A DNA stretch of 55,873 nt, the filler included, from Jimgerdemannia flammicorona (taxonomy: Eukaryota), in assembly GCA_003990765.1 (NCBI GenBank). It is 3 parts of 3 records of this genome, joined end to end, with 100 filler letters (N's around TTAATTAATTAA, not from the genome) between each part and the next. Parts side by side here need not be neighbours in the genome. Positions count along the whole stretch, not along the records: positions 37,320 to 55,873 come from RBNJ01002181.1; 2 more parts are not named here. One strand, 5' to 3'. Each line of letters starts with the position of its first letter. Position 1 is the first letter of the stretch. Below the pieces are notes generated by a model. The model saw nothing but the letters and a program-made list of their open reading frames with translations, did no database searches and was not told where the DNA came from. Positions 38,444 through 49,831 of the stretch are shown here, piece by piece. The position numbers and the translations under genes are program-made.

Positions 38444-39669
38444 TGTGACAAACCAAAACATATCACCCAAATTATAACTTAGCCAGATAATGTTAATACA
38501 TAGTATAGTAACCAGATACAGTAATCATTACTGTAGAAAACTGTATAAATAGCCAGACTATCAGATAAGATATATCTATATAGGATTTGCACACCTGTAC
38601 TAGACCTGTACATCTGTACTGAACCAGCATATCTATCATAAATAGTAATTTATAGTTAGCAACATAGTAATCAGATAGTAACTATAATATATAAAATACC
38701 CCAGAGATAAGAGTGAATAAACCTCAGTCTGAAATTCAGAACACATTTCAACTCTGGTTTGCTTTCTGATATAAAGAAGAGTCCAAAAAGTCTGAATTCA
38801 AAGCAAAAGACAAGTCTGTCTACCATACTTTGAGAGGAACTCTATAGCCACTGCTAGGAGATTGTGAGCTTTATCTTTTCTCACTCTGGTCTACTTTTTG
38901 ATACAAAGAATAAGTCTGTTTTTAGTTTGCTTGCTAGATAAGTCTGAAGATTTGCTACCAAAGTTCAAGAAAGAACTTTACTACCTTTTGAGTAACTTAC
39001 TACTTAAGGAATAAGCTGCTATTTCCAAGTTATCTGTATTCCCAGAGAGCCTACTTTAAGGAACCTTGTTACAAGTCAGTCTCTTAATGCAACTTCACAA
39101 TAAAGCCAGTCCAACAATGTAACTCCATGCAAACAAAGCCAGTCTTTGATGCAACTTGTCAAGAATCTATACCACCTGAGTAATATTCTCAGAAGAACTC
39201 TATCGATTTAGGAAGAATCTATGATATCTAAGTTATTTAAGCTATCTATACCATCTAAGTTATTAGTTTGTTCCCAGTGAGCCCAATTCAGAAAGAATCC
39301 ACTATCAGTACAATTCTCAGTAAAGCTGTCTCAGGAAGGATCTGCACTATTCTCTACTCTCAGTAAGTCTGATTTAAGAGAGTTTATGCCAAATCAAGTT
39401 ATCTATCAAATCCACATAAAAAATATTATCAAGATCATCCTACATAAGAAATCCACCATACTACACAGAGATTATTATACTATATAAGAGATTGTTATGC
39501 AGAAATTATATACTTTTGGAGATTGTCATACTATACAGAGATTATTATACAGAAATCATATATGGAGAACTGCCAAATTATCAGACTGTCATATATAAGG
39601 AATACCCATACTATATATACAAATTGCTACTATATCCAGAGAACTATCTCAATTAGGAAATCAATATAC

Positions 39670-40964
39670 TGTAACATGCCAGCTCAATGGAGGATGTAAT
39701 TTGGCTTGAGCCCCCAGTTACTTTGTCAAAAAGTAACAAAATGTTCTAAGATTCCTGAGATCCTTGATGTTTAGTGATATAATAGTCAAAAGCTGGATAT
39801 CTGCAAGTGATTTTAGTAATTTCCTTATTGGGATGGTTCTCTGGGTATAGCAGTGATTTGTGTGTGAATGGGTTTCCTTCTTGGGTCAACTGGAAATGCC
39901 ACAATTTGTATAGCATGATGATCTCTGTATATGACAGTCTAGCAATTTAGCAGTTCTCCTTCTTGGGTGATGGGTAATCTCTGTATAGCGCAATGATCTC
40001 CCAAAGTATGTGATTTCTGGTGGATGATCTGATTTAGTTTACTGGGAATTGTACTGGTACAGTTTCTTCTGTATTGGGCTCTCTGGGAACAACAGATAAC
40101 TCGGATTGGTATAGATAGCTCAAATGGCATGGATTCTTCTGAATCAGCTTCAACTGGGAATACTACTCAGATGGTGTGGATTCCTCCTATATCAGCAGGC
40201 TCTTCTAGAGATACGATAGCACAGATTCTTTCTAAATTAGCAAGGTTCTCTGGGAATGCAGATAACTCAGAAGTGGCAGCTTCAACTGAAAATATAGTGG
40301 ATAACTTAAAAATGGTGAGTGATGTGGATTTTCCCTGAATTGGTAGCTCTAACTGGGAAATGGGATAGTAGCTTGGAAAGGGTCTCTTGGCAAAGTTGCA
40401 TCAAAGACTGGCTTTGTTTGTGCGAATGAATCACTGTAAAGTTACATCAGAAACTGGCTTATGCAAGATGGCTTTCTCTTAGGTGGCAGAAATCTTTGGG
40501 CTTATCTGGCAAGTGAACCAATAATTCCAAAGGTGGCAAAGTTCTTCCTTGAACTTAGGTGGCAAACTTGAATTCTTCAGGATTGTCTGGCAAGCAAACC
40601 AATCAATCTTTGTATTGGAAAGTGGACCAGAGTGGGGAAAAGGGACCAATGCTCAATCTTTAGAGACTTCTTTGGTTTACTTCAACTTTTCGGACTGAGG
40701 TTTATTCACTCTTGTCTCTGGGATAATTTATACATTATGGTTGCTATGTGACTAACTATAGATTTGCTACTTATGGTAAGTTGTGCAGGTTTGGTATAGG
40801 TGTGCAGGTCCTGTACAGATGTACCTTATCTGGTAGGTTGGCTATTTATACAATTTCTGTAGCAATGGTTGCTGGTTACTATGTTGTGTATTCACATCAT
40901 CTGGCTAATTATTCACATCATCCAACTAAGGTATAATTTGGATGATATACCTCGGCTCATCACA
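39670..40964 (-). repeat. Family B 3' LTR of B1 (~1.3 kb)
   Basis: TGTGATGAG...CATGTTACA on the minus strand, preceded by purine-rich agtaggggctga; direct repeat of 48527-49831. Confidence 0.93.
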
Positions 40965-41003
40965 TCAGCCCCTACTAAGGATGGTCTGTCCTCAGACTGT
41001 CCT

Positions 41004-41519
41004 TTAGTCATCATCCCAATGTGGATAAGCATCTTCTGCATCAATACCTGTTCCATCATCTTCATTATCTGTACCATAGTCGCTCCATTCCAAAGGTTCT
41101 TCTTCTTCTTCTGGGAATAGGATTTCGACAGCATTGTTGATGCTCAAGTAGGTGGCTAGGTTCATTTCTTATATGTCATGCTAGGAGAATTATGCTTGTA
41201 TCAGGGCTGCAGGGTTTCATTTATAAAGGGTGTACAGCCTGTCTGCAGCAGTGGTATCTCTTCTTAATAATCCTGTAGTACTTCTGATGTATATTTGTTC
41301 TGGAACTGGGAGGTTCTACAGTTATTCTCCAATTGCATAATGGGCCTGCAGTTGGTGGACCTGTAGCAACCATCTGATCAGGACAAGATTCTCTTGATGA
41401 ATCTGGATCTTTTGGAGAGTGTTCCCATTGACTTCTCAGAATTGGGGTAGGGGAATTGGCAGTGATTGAAATGAGCTGAGGACAAGAGTTTGGAGGCAGT
41501 TGTTAACTCTCTGGTTCAT
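41004..41519 (-). pseudogene. Family B accessory ORF (ORF3, ~171 codons) between pol and PPT
   Basis: Single frame MNQRVNNCLQ...QLQAHYAIGE*L*NL...TTAADRLYTLYK*NPAAL...EEEEEPLEWSDY...WDDD*. All internal stops are explainable by C>T (CAA/CAG/CGA). The ATG overlaps the pol end. Confidence 0.75.
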
Positions 41520-44394
41520 AGTGTGGGGAAAGGTATATCTTGAGACAGTTGATGTGTACTGGTGTTCTGAGGGTTTGTCTATCCATGCTTCTTAAATAGA
41601 TGCTGGTTTCTCTGATATTGTATACAAGATAAGATCCTTTCCATTTGGGCTCCAGCTTGGTGGTGAAGTTTGTTTCAATCATGCTTCTCCAGACTAGTAC
41701 TTGATCACCAATCTTGATCTTCTGATCCTTCTGTTTCTGGTCATAGTACTTCTTTTGTCTTTCTTGGGCTTTGGTAATCTGAACTTGAGTCTGATTACAT
41801 AATTGTTCTGCCTTTTTGAGGAGATCTCCAAGGTTCTCATGATCAGTAGTTCTCATTTTCTTGGCAAACATCATTTTGAATGACTTTTGTTTAGCGGAGA
41901 CAGCAGGGGTGTTCCAAATTTCCCATAGGATCTCAGGTAAGCAGAGGTCCCAATTGGTAGGGTTGACTCAGGCCAGTTCTTTCTTAATGGTCTGGTTCAT
42001 CCTTTCTGTCATGCCATTGGTCTGGGGGTGGTATAATGTGGTCCATTTGAGATCGATCTTGTGAATTTGAGCATAACTTATGATTATGTTATTGATGAAT
42101 TCTGTGCCTCGGTCAGAGATAAGTTCTCCTGGGAGTCTATATCTGAGTATAAGTCTATGGAGAAGGCCTACAATGGTTAAGGCATCCACGATTTCCATTG
42201 GGAAAGCCTCAGGCCATTTGGTCAGATATTCCACAAATATAAGAATGTATTTGTTTCTTTTTGGTGTAACTGGTAGAGGTCCAATTACATCTACTCCCCA
42301 TCTCTGAAAGATGTGAGTGGGTGGGGGAATCAGTTGTAAAGGGGCTTAATAGTTCTTTCTTCCTTGGTACTTCTGGCAAGTGTCACATTTCTGAATAATG
42401 TCTCGGACTTGAGTTCTGAGATGGGGCCAATGTTGGTATGTTGTTCACAACTTCTCTTCTACATTTGCCTGTCCTTGGTGGGCTTTTGGATGTTCTTTTT
42501 GGATGAGATCTTCTGTCTGAGGAGCTTCCTTTAGGGTGTAGTTCCTCAGGATACCCTTCTTCTGGTTCATTGGGACTGGCAAGAAAGTACATCAACATTG
42601 TTGTGGGCTTTCCCTGTTTTGTGAATAATGGTGATTTTGTAATCCTGAAGGATAAGGATCTAGTGGCCTAGAATTCCAGTGGATTCCTTGCAGTTGAATA
42701 GCCATTTGAGAGCTGCATGGTCTGTGACCAGGGTAAACCTTTTTCTAATGAGGTAATGCTTGAACAGAGTGACTGCCCATATGACTGCAAGACATTCCAG
42801 TTTAGTATTACCATAGTTCATCTGCTGCTAATTGGTAGCTCTACTTGTATAAGCTATTACATAGTGCTGTTGGTTAGGTCCTTCTTGGGCTAGAACTACT
42901 CCTAGGCCATCTTTGGAAGCATCTATATACAAGATAAATGGCTTCTGTAGATTGTGGCATACAAGGATTGGTGCTGTAGTCATGTAGTTCTTAAGTCTTT
43001 TAAAGGCTTTTTCTTGCAATTCTGTCCATTTGAATGGTGCTCCTTTCTTGAGAAGGATTCGGATTGGGGCAGCAATTTGAGCAAAATCCTTGATAAACCT
43101 TCTGTAGTAGGATACTAGTATCAGGAATGATAGTGTTTCTTTTGGAGTCTTGAGTACTGGCCAATTGTTGATCTTCTCGGTTTTCTTTGGGTCTGCATGG
43201 GTTCCTTCTTTTGAGACTATGAATCTGAGGAATTCAAGTTTCTGTTTCCCAAAGTAGCATTTCTTTACATTCAGTCTCAAGTGGATTTTGTGGGTGAGCT
43301 TGAAGAATTTCTCCAGGTGGTGCAGGTGTTCTTTGAAATTTGCTGAATAGATGTTGGAATCGTCCATACATATATATAATCAGACAGTGGTGGATCAAGG
43401 GGGCATAGACTGAATTCATCATTCTCTGGAAGGTGGGGAGTGTATTGCAAAGTCCAAAGGGCATTCAGAGGTACTCTAACAGTTTTTCTAGAGCAAGGAA
43501 GACTGTCTTTTGGATGTCCTTTGGGTCTATGGGGATCTCATGGAATCCTGCAAAGAGGTCCATACTGCTGAAGTATCTGGTATCTTGTAACTGATCTAAG
43601 AGGTCATCAATTCTGGGCAGAGGATATGCATCCTTTTCAGTGACTAAATTGAGTTTCCTGTAATCCACATAGGGTCTCCATCCTCCTTTCTTTAGTACAA
43701 TAAGTATAGGGCTGACCCAGGGGCTGGTAGAGGGTCTGATGACTCCATTGTCTAAGAGTTCTTGAATGTGCTTCTTTTCGAATGTTTTCAATGGATGGGA
43801 TATTCTATAGGGTTTCTGCTGGATAGGTGTTGCATTTCCTGTATTTATGCTGTGGTGATATGATGGATTGTATGGCAGGTTGCCATAATTGGTAGTGAAG
43901 ATATCTTGACATTTGTTGAGAAGTTCTACTAGTTGTTGCTGTTGTTGAGATGTCAATTCTTCTCCAATGTTGGTGGAAGGCTTCACTGTCTCCTGGGTCG
44001 CAGAGGGGTCTTTCCTTTCTTCTGGGACCTTTTGCCATTTCCTGATAGGTTTAGTTCATAAACCTCCCTATGAGTTTGGTTGAGAAAAGGCACCAGATGC
44101 CCTATGATGGTTCCTTTCAGCAGGATGATGGTTTCCCAGCTTTGGTTGGTTGCTTGGGAGTGTACTGGATTCATCTTGTCAGGGAATGTGTGTCCCTCTA
44201 TGTCCAGGTGGGGAATATCTTCCTTGAGTTCAAAAAAAAGGTTTCTGGAGTCGGGTGGTGTAAAGATTTTGAAGGTTGTTTGTTCTCCAGGCTCCAGGAT
44301 AAGATTCTTATGCAGTCTGACTGGTTGCCAGTACACTTGTTGGAGAGCATTCTTCTTGAGGTGGTTGACTTGAAGGAGATGTACTTCCTTCTTG

Positions 44395-44780
44395 TCTGAG
44401 CTTCCAAATTCTTTGGCTTGCCTTGTTCCTTCAGTCAGTTCAGATACTTCCTGTAATTGCAGAGTCCTGACCTCCATGAAGACTGCTTGGGCAATCTTCT
44501 GTCCTCTAATGATTCAGTACTATTCTGCACTGCTGTTGTGTAGGATAACCTTGATTTCGCCTGTATATCCTGGGTCAATGGTTCCTCCTTCTACAGTTAT
44601 TTCTTATCTGGTAAGTCCAGACCTTGAGGTCAATTGGATGTAAGTTCCTTGGGGTGGCTGCATGGCCAATCTAGTTCTGATCATGAAGGTCTTTCCAGGT
44701 TTGATAGATTCATCCTCCAGACTATGAAGATTGTACCCTACATCTTCTGAGTGGGCTTTAGTCGGGGGGTTTGGCCTTGG
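44395..44780 (-). pseudogene. dUTPase domain of B1 between protease and RT
   Basis: TKAHSEDVGYNL...TSRSGLT...GGTIDPGYTGEIKVIL...GQKIAQ...RQAKEFGSSD, motifs 1-5. Confidence 0.92.
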
Positions 44781-47700
44781 GATGTAGCAGGGCATACTGG
44801 GCAATGTCCTTGCTGAGTTCAGGCTGTCCTAAAGCTGAGGCTCCACTAGTAGAGAGCCTCCAAGCTCTGAGGTTGAGGTGTGGCCATCTGGCTTCAGTAG
44901 AGGGATCTTGGAGATAGTTGATTCCTCTTCTTCCAGTAGGGTCAAGGGCTTCCATGAAGTTGGTGGCATCTTCTGCCCATCCTTGGCAGGTTGTATGTCT
45001 GATGAGAGCTAGGATGTCTTCTCCCAAATCATAGATCTTAAGGACTCTTTTTCCTGGCTTCCTGGTTTGGCTTTTTCGGATCTGACCTCTGTTGTCTCCT
45101 CTCTTTAAAGTGTGGACTGCAACATCATGACTGAGGTGAATCTTCTGATGTCTGCAGTCTTGGCAGTCAGGGTGTCTTCCATGGTTGCAATATCCCATTG
45201 CTTGGAAATGATCCCAGCTATTGATCTCTTGTTGCCTTGGGAATCGGTACCCATCTTGGTCATAAGTGGGTAGAAGAGTAGACAAGGGATATATTTCTGT
45301 CTGAGTGAAAAAGCCTTGCCCTCTGAATTGGCTTTGCAATTTGATAGTAACTTCTTGAAAGGTAGTTGACTGTACAAGTGTGTTTGAGAGTTCTGGTCTC
45401 TAGGGTCTCTGTCTCTCTTGTTGATCCAACAAATGACACTGATAGCAGTAGTCTTGGGGAGAGTGGAAGATTATTTAGTATGGGTACCTTCCAAGCTGAA
45501 AAGCTTTCTCCTGGTGAGTTTCTTTCTTGGGGATAATGGTGATTGTACTGGGTCCTTCCTCTGTATTCCAAGGATCATTATCTTCAGGTGGTGTCCAGCA
45601 AGGGTCATCCCAGGGAATGAGTTCAGGGACCTCTCCTTCCTCAGGTACTTCTTGCTCAGAAACTTCTTGGTCAGAGGTTTCTTCCTCCTCAGATGATTCT
45701 TGACCCCAAATTGCTTGTACTTCTGCAGCTTTGGCTGCAGGCATTTCTGGAACATGTCTGCATTTCTTTTTCTTCCTTCTGCATTCTGGGCAAGCTGTGC
45801 TAGGTGATTTCCTTGTTCCCATGATCTTGGAGGAGTGCTCAGAGCACTTGTGTCTCTTGAGGCAGATAGGGCATCCTTTGACATCTCCTACAATGGCTCC
45901 AATGGTGATGGGGATGGTGTTCTTAGCCCACACATTGTCTTCTGGTCTGTCATCCACAAGGTTAATTCGGGGATTGAGTCTGGGATCCTTTCCATCTTCA
46001 GATTCCTCCTCTTCTTCTGTAGTAGATTCCTCACTGCTAGCATATTCTTCCTAAATAGTGACCTTTTTCTTCTTCTTTGATTGCTCATAGCTGGTCAACT
46101 TAACTCTATACTTCTTGCCTCAGTAGTCAAACTTGAGTACTTGTTGGCCAATATCAACAACTGCATTCATTTACTTCATTCAGTTAGTGCCAAGAATCAT
46201 GTCATAGGTGATAGCTTCTGTGACAATAGCTTTGGGAATAGAGAACTGAATGTGTCCAAGAGAGATAATGATATTTTGTACTTCTCCAAGGGGTTGAGTT
46301 CAGGCTCCATCTGCTACTATGATGCTGAGGTTGGATAGTCCATCAATGGGCCATTGAAGAGTGTCCAGGAATCATTTGGCAATGACACAGACAGCTGCTC
46401 CTATGTCTATAAGGATTTTCACCTTTTTTCCTCCAATATCTCCATGTAGGTAGGTGCTGACATGTCTTTCAGCTGCCTGAACAGAGATGGGAACTGGTTC
46501 TTGCTGTAGGATTGGGACTCAGCCAGTGCTAGACCTGGTGGTTCTCAGCAATTTATTTCAGACTCTGGCTGATGTTAGTTGCAAGAACTGTAGGAGGGGA
46601 ACTTCTATCTTGGCCTCTTAAATCTTCTGTCAGGCTTCATTGTAAATATCTCTAGGTATGGTCTTTGGAGTGTACTTCTTCTTGGGCCTTGGTGTAGCAG
46701 GTTCCTGTTCTTCTTGTTCCATTTCTTCATCTTCTGATAGTAACTCATTTGTCTCAGGAACAAAAAGTGAGGGGGGTTTGGGGAGGTGTTTCTATCTGCT
46801 CCTCTTCATGATCTTCATCCTCTTCTCAGATAATTCTTCTGCTGATGTTCCTGGATGGCCTTCCCACAGGTCTCTTCCTTTTCTCCACTGGGTAGACTGT
46901 TTTCCAAGTGGTAACCTTGGTAGGGTATAAATCTAGGTCACTATAGTCTTCACTGTTGCTTGCTTCCTCAAAATCTTTAACAGGATGTGCTTCAGTCTTC
47001 TTGTACTGAGTGTCATTCCTTCAGTTTGGTGGTTTTGAGTCCCTTTGGTCACTTTTTTTATTATCACATTCAGTGGCATAGTGTCCAAATTATCCACAGT
47101 AGAAGTATTGAACTTGGGCTCTATCTCAGACAGGATATCTTCTTTCTTCTTAGTGATGACTTCTGTCATCTCTAGGTAGATAACCTTGGCTCCTCTGTGG
47201 TGGGTATCCTCTATTATCTTGGTAACTCTGATTTTCATGTGTAGTGAGTTTTTCAATTTGTTCAACCAATTGGTCTAACTTGGAGCTGAGGTCTTAGATT
47301 TCACTTCTGTCCTTCTTTCCTTCCTTGGCTGGTCTTCTTTCCTTGGACCTTTCTTGTCCTTGAAGGAGTCCTTGCAGGGCTTTGACCAGGATATCTTCTT
47401 TATCTTCCTTCTTGTCATGATCACTCCAGGTAGTTCCTTAACTGACATCAAAGAATCCTTGGGCTGTATCTACTTACTCTTTTGACCTTCTGATGCCTAG
47501 GGTGCAGACATGCTGGGCAATATTCAGGGGAATTCCATTCATGAAGGTCATTGGACATATGATGTCTTGGTTGGTGGCATTGAAACCAGCAGAATGCATT
47601 CTCTTCTGGATTCTTATGAAGAAGGCTCTGGGTGATTCTCCAAGATTTATCTTCATTCCTATAATAGATTCCTGAGCCTTGTGGTGGGTTTTATTTCCTG

Positions 47701-48507
47701 CATACTTTTCAATGAGCCAGTGGACCATGGCCTCATATTCTAGCTCATCAGATATTGCTGCTTATATCTGTCTTGCTAGTTCTGAATCTTGGTTGTTTAC
47801 TGTTTGATAGAAAATTCCTCTGGCTGATTCCCTGAGCTGAGCTTTGTAAATGGCAATTTTTCTTTCATCTGAGAGATTCCTCAAGGCTGCGATTCCTTCG
47901 ATTCCATAAAGGAATTCTCTGGGGTCTTCCTCTGAGTATCCTGCAAAGGTTGGCAATAAGGTGGCCATTTTGTCATCACTTTCTTCTGATTCTAGTTCTG
48001 GTTCAGATCCTGATTCTAATTCACTTTCCAAGCTGTCACTGGAGATGGGGGTGCTTGGGTATCTTGAGGATAGTGTCCTAGACCTTGGGTGAAGTAGAAT
48101 AGATCTAGGTATTCTTGTAGGAGCTACTTCCAGCTCTGCAAGGAGTTGTGGTAAAGGTTCCATTAGTGAAATTGGTGGGGCTGATCTGGGGCATCTGGCT
48201 GTAAGGTCTTGTATTCATGTGATAAGGTCTTCTAGTTCTTATACAAGTTCTCCAAAATCTCTAGCAGGGCTGCTTGTATTGTCTGGTTGATCTGATTGGA
48301 GATTTCAGACTATACTGCCTTCTGGTTCTGGTTGGGATTCTTCTGATGCTGAATAATTAGCAAGTCTTGAGGTGATTACTTCTCTTCCTGTCTAGATGCT
48401 AGTGATAACTGGTTTTCCTGTAGTAGCAGAGATTGGTGTTGTATCAAATATATCCAGTTTGACTGTGGGTTCTTGTGAGCTGAAAAGTTACATTGATTTT
48501 AAAATCT

Positions 48508-48524
48508 TCCCAGTTGAGCCCCCA
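48508..48524 (-). promoter_or_regulatory. Primer binding site of B1, tRNA-Pro type
   Basis: TGGGGGCTCAACTGGGA 2 nt after the LTR. Compare the MLV tRNA-Pro PBS TGGGGGCTCGTCCGGGAT; two of three differences fit CpG decay. Confidence 0.75.
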
Positions 48525-48526
48525 AA

Positions 48527-49831
48527 TGTAACATGCTGGCTCAATGGAGGCAAATTACAGGATTGGAGGTTGATGTAGTTTGGCTTGAGCCCCCAGTTAC
48601 TTTGTCAAAAAGCAACAAAATGTTCTAAGATTCCTGAGGTCCTTGATGTTTAGTGGTATAATAGTCAAAGCTGGATATCTGCAAGTGATTCTGGCGATTT
48701 CCTTATTGGGACAGTTCTCTGGATGTAGCAGTGATTTGTATGTGAATGGGTTTTCTTCTTGAGTCAACTGGAAATGTCACAATTTGTGTAGTACAACAAT
48801 CTCTATATATGACAGTCTAGCAATTTAGCAGTTCTCTTTCTTGGGCGATGGGTGATCTCTGCATAGCACAACAATCTCCAAAAGTATGCAATTTCTGGTG
48901 AATGACCCAAATTAGTTCACTGGGAATTATACTGGCACAGTTTCTTCTATACTGGGCTCTCTGGGAACAACAGATAACTCAGATTGGTATAGATAGCTTG
49001 AATGGCACAGATTCTTCTGAATCGGCTTCAACTGGGAATACTACTTGGATGGCATGGATTCCTCCTGTATTAGCAGGCTCTTCTAGGGATACAACAGCAT
49101 GGATTCTTCCTGAATCAGTGAGATTCTCTGGAAATGCAGATAACTCGGAAGTGGTGGCTTTAACTGGAAATATGGCAGATAACTTAAAAATGGCAGGTGA
49201 TGCAGATTCTCTCTGAATCAGCAGCTCTAACTGGGAAACAGGATGGTGGCTTAGAAAGGGTCTCTTGGCAAAGTTGCATCAAAGACTGGCTTCATTTACA
49301 CAAATAGATCACTGTGAAGTTGCATCAGAAACTGGCTTGTGCAAGGTGGCTTTCTCTTAGGCAGCAGAAATCTTCAGGCATATCTGGCAAGCAAACCAAT
49401 AATTCCAAAGGTGGCAAAGTTCTTCCTTGAACTTAGGCAGCAAACTCAAATTCTTCAGGCTTATCTAGCAAGTGAACCAATCAATCTTTGTATTGGAAAG
49501 TGAACCAGAGTGGGGAAAAGGGACCAATGCTCAATCTTTAGAGGCTTCTTTGGTTTACTTCAACTTTTCAGACTGAGGTTTATTCACTCTTGTCTCTGGG
49601 GTAATTTATATATTGTGGTTTCTATATGGCTAACTATAGATTTGCTACTTATGGCAAGTTATGCAGGTTTGGTATGGGTGTGCAGGTCCTGTACAGATGT
49701 ACCTTATCTGGTAGGTTGGCTATTTATAGCAATGGTTGCTAGTTACTATGCTGTGTATTTATGTCATCTGGCTAATTATTCACATTATCCAACTAAGGTA
49801 TAATTTGGGTGGTATGCCTTGGCTCATCACA
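48527..49831 (-). repeat. Family B 5' LTR of B1
   Basis: Direct repeat of 39670-40964, followed on the minus strand by the PBS. Confidence 0.93.

Larger units (their letters stand above)
39670..49831 (-). mobile_element. Complete degenerate Gypsy family B element B1 (10.2 kb): LTR-PBS-gag-PR-Cys-rich insert-dUTPase-RT-RH-IN-ORF3-PPT-LTR
   Basis: LTRs at 48527-49831 and 39670-40964; 4-bp TSD ATAC. Zinc knuckle CFYCG*FGHYATEC; protease ILIDIGAAVCVI; RT VDYRKLN...YPLPRIDDLLD and MDD; integrase YLTKWPEA...LISDRGTEF...YHPQTNGMTER. No chromodomain seen. Confidence 0.96.

Noticed and set aside
48902..49803. Antisense ORFs in family B LTRs (also 40129-40338, 40748-40936)
   Set aside because: Short, built from internal sub-repeats, and with differing extents between the two LTRs. 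No evidence of coding constraint.
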